From NCBI GenBank assembly GCA_032718475.1, contig JAUCBJ010004959.1, positions 1-64,000 of the forward strand: a stretch of DNA of 64,000 bases. Direction: 5' to 3'. A model generated the notes under the pieces. It made no database searches. It worked only from the letters and a program-made list of their open reading frames with translations, and was not told the origin of the DNA. Both the position numbers and the translations under genes were made by a program. The DNA is from Nemertoderma westbladi (taxonomy: Eukaryota > Animalia > Xenacoelomorpha). Positions within the stretch are counted from its first letter, which is position 1, and each line of letters starts with the position of its first letter. Of this stretch, positions 60,359 through 64,000 are shown in pieces.

Positions 60359-61409
60359 ATAGCAGAGGGAGAGGCGGGGGTGAATAGACCCGACCATGGT
60401 AGGGTTGATGTGTCGACGAGAGAGGGATATGGTAGCGGGGTGAGAGATAGTTAAGTTAGATGTGGCGAGTGGGGGGGGGGGGGGGGGGGGGGGGCTACAA
60501 GAGCCCCACAACAGCGAGTTAGCGGCGAAAGGGGGGGGGGGGCAGAGAGTGCTCCACAGCCGTCAGCGGATAATGCGCGGGCCGAAATAGGTAAACCGCA
60601 ACACCCAGCGACGGAGAGTAATAGGGGGATTGCGAGTATCCCCAGCAGCGTGCGACCGAGCAGAGAGAGACAGGTTGACGTCGTGAGAGGGCGGACGAAG
60701 CGTCGAGCCCGATCAGAAGAGGGAAGAAGAACAGTGGGGTTTAACCAGGAGGTCGACGAGAGATCTCACGAGCGAGAATACTACACTGAAAGGAGAAGAA
60801 GAGAAGACAGTAGTAAAAGTATCGCCGTGAACGATAGAAGAGCAAGGACGGATAGCGAGCCGTCGGTAGTCGAGATGAGAACGGAGAGTCAGTGGGGTCG
60901 GACTCCGGGAGATTGCCGTCGCCCCGGAGAGATGCGACCTGGTGAGGTACATTACGCGCTGATGGAGGGGTACGCGATGTACCGGTACGAAGACGAGAAC
61001 AGTAGAGAGGGAGGTCGAAGAGAAACTTTCCGACGGAATGTACCTACCGATCGAGAATACGGTAGCCGTGGGGAGGACTATTCGAGAAGAATAAACTTCG
61101 ATCCCGAACGACACATGCAGACTGTAGGACATACTGTAGGCCTTACTGCACATACCATAGGCCATGCTGAGAGAGGCAATGTAGGCGATAGGAGAGCGCG
61201 GACAACGGGATTAAACCCGGAAGTCGCGGAATACATACCGGCGAGTAGGCCAGAAGCTGATAGGCCTATACCGGTACCAGTACAGCAGTATGACTACAGC
61301 ATGCAGGGGCATAACATATACCCAGGGGAGGGGGGAATTATTGCGGATAGGTGTATGGGCCCCAATATATTAACATCAACCCCAGTACCAAACATACCGG
61401 TGGGGGGGG

Positions 61410-64000
61410 GGACAGGGTGACATTCCCCCATCACAATATCAACAATATACCCCGATAGGAGCAAGAACAACAAGACCCTTGGATGAAAATAGGTCGTGTG
61501 ACACAGAGATATGGAGGGGGCCGCTACCCCCGATGACATACCCAAGTCAAAGAAAATCAAGAAATAGGACGGACGAACCGCACCAGACAGGAGAAACTAT
61601 ACAGCACCCATCGAATCCATTGGAAGCGCAGGCGATGGGGATGGCCACGTTGATCGATGCGTTGAAAATGAGGATCGAGTTACCACCCGTGGAACCATTC
61701 AAATTCGATGGGAGTAGGCCGGAAGAATATCTACAGTTTCGGCGCATGTATAGTAACGAAATACTAACAAAAAACTTGACGCAGGCGGAGTGCCTAAAGT
61801 ATCTGCAAGTATACACGGGAGGCCCAGCATACGATATCGTGAGGCAATATCAAGGCATAGAGGGCGGCTTCACGACAGCATGGCGGGCACTGGACAGGGA
61901 ATACGGGCACCTGGCCAAGATCATCAGACAGACACTGAGAGGCATAACATCGGGTGGCCTACAGGATAATCCCGTTAGCATTAAGACGTTCGCTAACAAA
62001 GTCGAAAAGGCGCTAATCGTGCTGAAGACGCTAGACGCGCCATACGAGCTCAACGCGTCCAATAACATCACCACGATAGCGCAGGCACTACCGAACTGGC
62101 TGTGCAACAAATGGAGGAAGATCGCTTTCTCCACTCGAGACAAAAAGGGTGTGGAACCGGGTTTAGAAGAAATGTCAAGCTTCTTAAACTACGAGGCTGA
62201 ACTAATAACTGACCCAGTCTATAGCGAAGAAAGCCTGGGAAAGGGACCAAAGACAGATTACCATAGACCGAAACCAGAGCACAATACGTCAAACGCATTA
62301 CCGAGGCTCAGGCAATCATTGCCATATGCAGCGACGCAGGGGACTGCAAGTCCACAGATAGGCGAAAGTAAGACCACACCATGGAACGGACAGGGGAACA
62401 ATAACAACACGAATAAATATAACCCCAGTACGTCCAGTAGGCCGAATCCAAACAATAAGAATAGTAGGGACTTTGGTACAAACGCAGCTGCGATACGCGA
62501 TGCGCTGTATAAGGAGGGCTACGACCCAAAGAGCAAATGCCAGCTACACGCAAATGCGCTTCATCAAACCATGAACTGCAGGTACTGGCAAGCGCTACCT
62601 AGGCAAGATCAGATAGACTATGCGTTGAGCAATAAAATCTGCTCGCGATGTGTGATGAGTGGACATAGAGCAAGGGAATGCAAGGAGAAGCCAGTCAAGT
62701 TTGGTCAAAGGAGAGGCCAAACGATGGCAACGAGCACAGTAGGGGCAAAGAAGAGAGGAACGGTGTTACTTGGAGTAGTACCCGTGCGAGTGATTGGGGA
62801 AGGCAATCGATCAGTAACAACACTAATGCTGGTTGATAGTGGAGCTGCCTTCACATTAGTCGAGGAATGGGTGGCCGAAGAGATAGGATTGAGAACGAGG
62901 CCAAGCAGAATGGCGGTAACAACCATCTCTAGCAAAGATGAGATCCTGGAGATGAGAACAGGACGGTGCGCAATTGCAGCGGTGGCACCGGGATGCGACT
63001 ATGGGGCAACCATCGACCCCATCCAAGTGATAGAGTCAATTAATATCAATGCCAGGCGGCCAACCAACATCGAGGTCAAGCAATATAAATTCCTGGATGA
63101 CATTGACTTCTCAATCCCAGATGTGGACGTTAGGAAGGTATCCATCATAGTAGGAATGGATTGCCCAATGGCCCACGAAAGAATGCAAACGGTCTTCGGC
63201 GAAGACAAGCAGTGTGACCCGGTGGCGATATTAACACCATTCGGGTGGACGCTGAGTGGCCCAATCAAGAGCAAGATACCATTTAGGATGTCGGAGACAT
63301 CAGGATGCATGTTCGCGGGAACAATGCAGGAAATGTGTGATGAGGGAGCAGAGGAGCAGCTTAAAAGACTGCTCAGACAAGATTTCGAGGGACTAAAAGA
63401 GACCGGGGTCGGGACCTCGGTAGAAGACAAGCTGGCTTTACAAAGCGTGGAGGAATCGATGACATGCAATGAGGGGCGGTATACTATAGGAATGGTATGG
63501 AAACTACCGAAGATACCGCTGCCCGATAATAGAGGGATGGTACTCACGAGACTCCGCAAGCTGAAACAAACACTAAAACGGAGCCCCGAGAAGAATGAGT
63601 ACATCCACAGAACGATTAAGAAGTACGTCGAGAAAGGATGGGCCGTGGAGTTACCGGTCGACGAGCCGAACACGGACAGGACATATTACCTGCCACTCCG
63701 CGTGGCTTTAGACCCAAAGAAAGGTAAACTGCGGATGGTAGTCGACGCATCGGCAAAGACCAACGGAAAATGCTTAAACGACTATCTGTTAGAAGGCCCA
63801 AACATATACAACTCGGGCATAGAGGTCCTACTTAGATTTAGGAATGGGAAACACGCCTTCACGTGTGACATAGAAGGCATGTTCAACCAAGTCCGTGTAA
63901 CGGAGGAAGATAGCGACAGTCAGCGCTTCTTATGGTATAACGGCGAGGAAGAACCGTCGATAATACCAGCATATAAGATGGTAGTACAAAACATGGGAGC
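61410..64000 (+). CDS. BEL/Pao gag-pol polyprotein, open frame to the window end (gag core, Zn knuckles, aspartic protease, RT start)
   Basis: Translated by hand: LPPVEPFKFDGSRPEEYLQFRRMY..LKYLQVYTGGPAYDIV (DUF1759-type gag), CSRCVMSGHRAREC, LMLVDSGAAFTLV (protease), YYLPLRVALDPKKGKLRMVVDASAKTNGKCLNDYLLEGP..LLRFR..CDIEGMFNQVRV..QRFLW (Pao RT). Confidence 0.88.

Larger units (their letters stand above)
57455..61410 (+). pseudogene. Long, low-complexity, disrupted gag N-terminal region
   Basis: ATG at 57455, 111-bp tandem duplication (57681/57792), E/R-rich coiled-coil repeats, a large duplication (58853-59152 = 59591-59896), Asn-rich tract and 60-bp repeats. Stops and frameshifts occur, several at poly-G runs. 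Confidence 0.65.
56436..64000 (+). mobile_element. BEL/Pao LTR retrotransposon, 5' part (runs off the window)
   Basis: gag-PR-RT domain order and motifs (see pol feature). The 5' boundary is a guess at TGTAAT 56436. Confidence 0.85.

Overview
Eukaryotic (animal, probably invertebrate) genomic DNA: AT-rich introns and intergenic regions, GC/CpG-rich exons, and many transposable elements. Bases 1-31.3 kb hold the 3' end of a canonical ankyrin gene: one ANK-repeat exon (2343-2921) spliced to a single 3.5-kb terminal exon encoding ZU5-ZU5-UPA-death domain-C-tail (4249-7776). The terminal exon and its 3' flank are tandemly amplified into a second complete copy that keeps its splice acceptor (13045-16698), two 5'-truncated open copies (20919-23534, 26076-28691) and a short fragment (11515-11853). 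Comparing copies reveals exact empty sites for a solo LTR (8891-10086) and a Helitron (18418-20091). Bases 31-56 kb contain nested MITEs and DNA transposons (piggyBac-, Harbinger-, Sola2-, Tc1/mariner- and Helentron-like), RTE and other LINE remnants, SINEs, decaying cbEGF exons, an intact single-exon secreted/GPI-type Cys-rich (Ly6/uPAR-like) ORF (42727-43299) and a TE-disrupted C2H2 zinc-finger pseudogene. Bases 56.4-64 kb are the 5' part of a BEL/Pao LTR retrotransposon with a repeat-expanded, broken gag. I see no CRISPR or prokaryotic system. The best novelty candidate is the ankyrin terminal-exon array as a possible alternative-last-exon isoform generator, which is an inference needing RNA data. 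All family assignments come from motif recognition by eye, not database searches.
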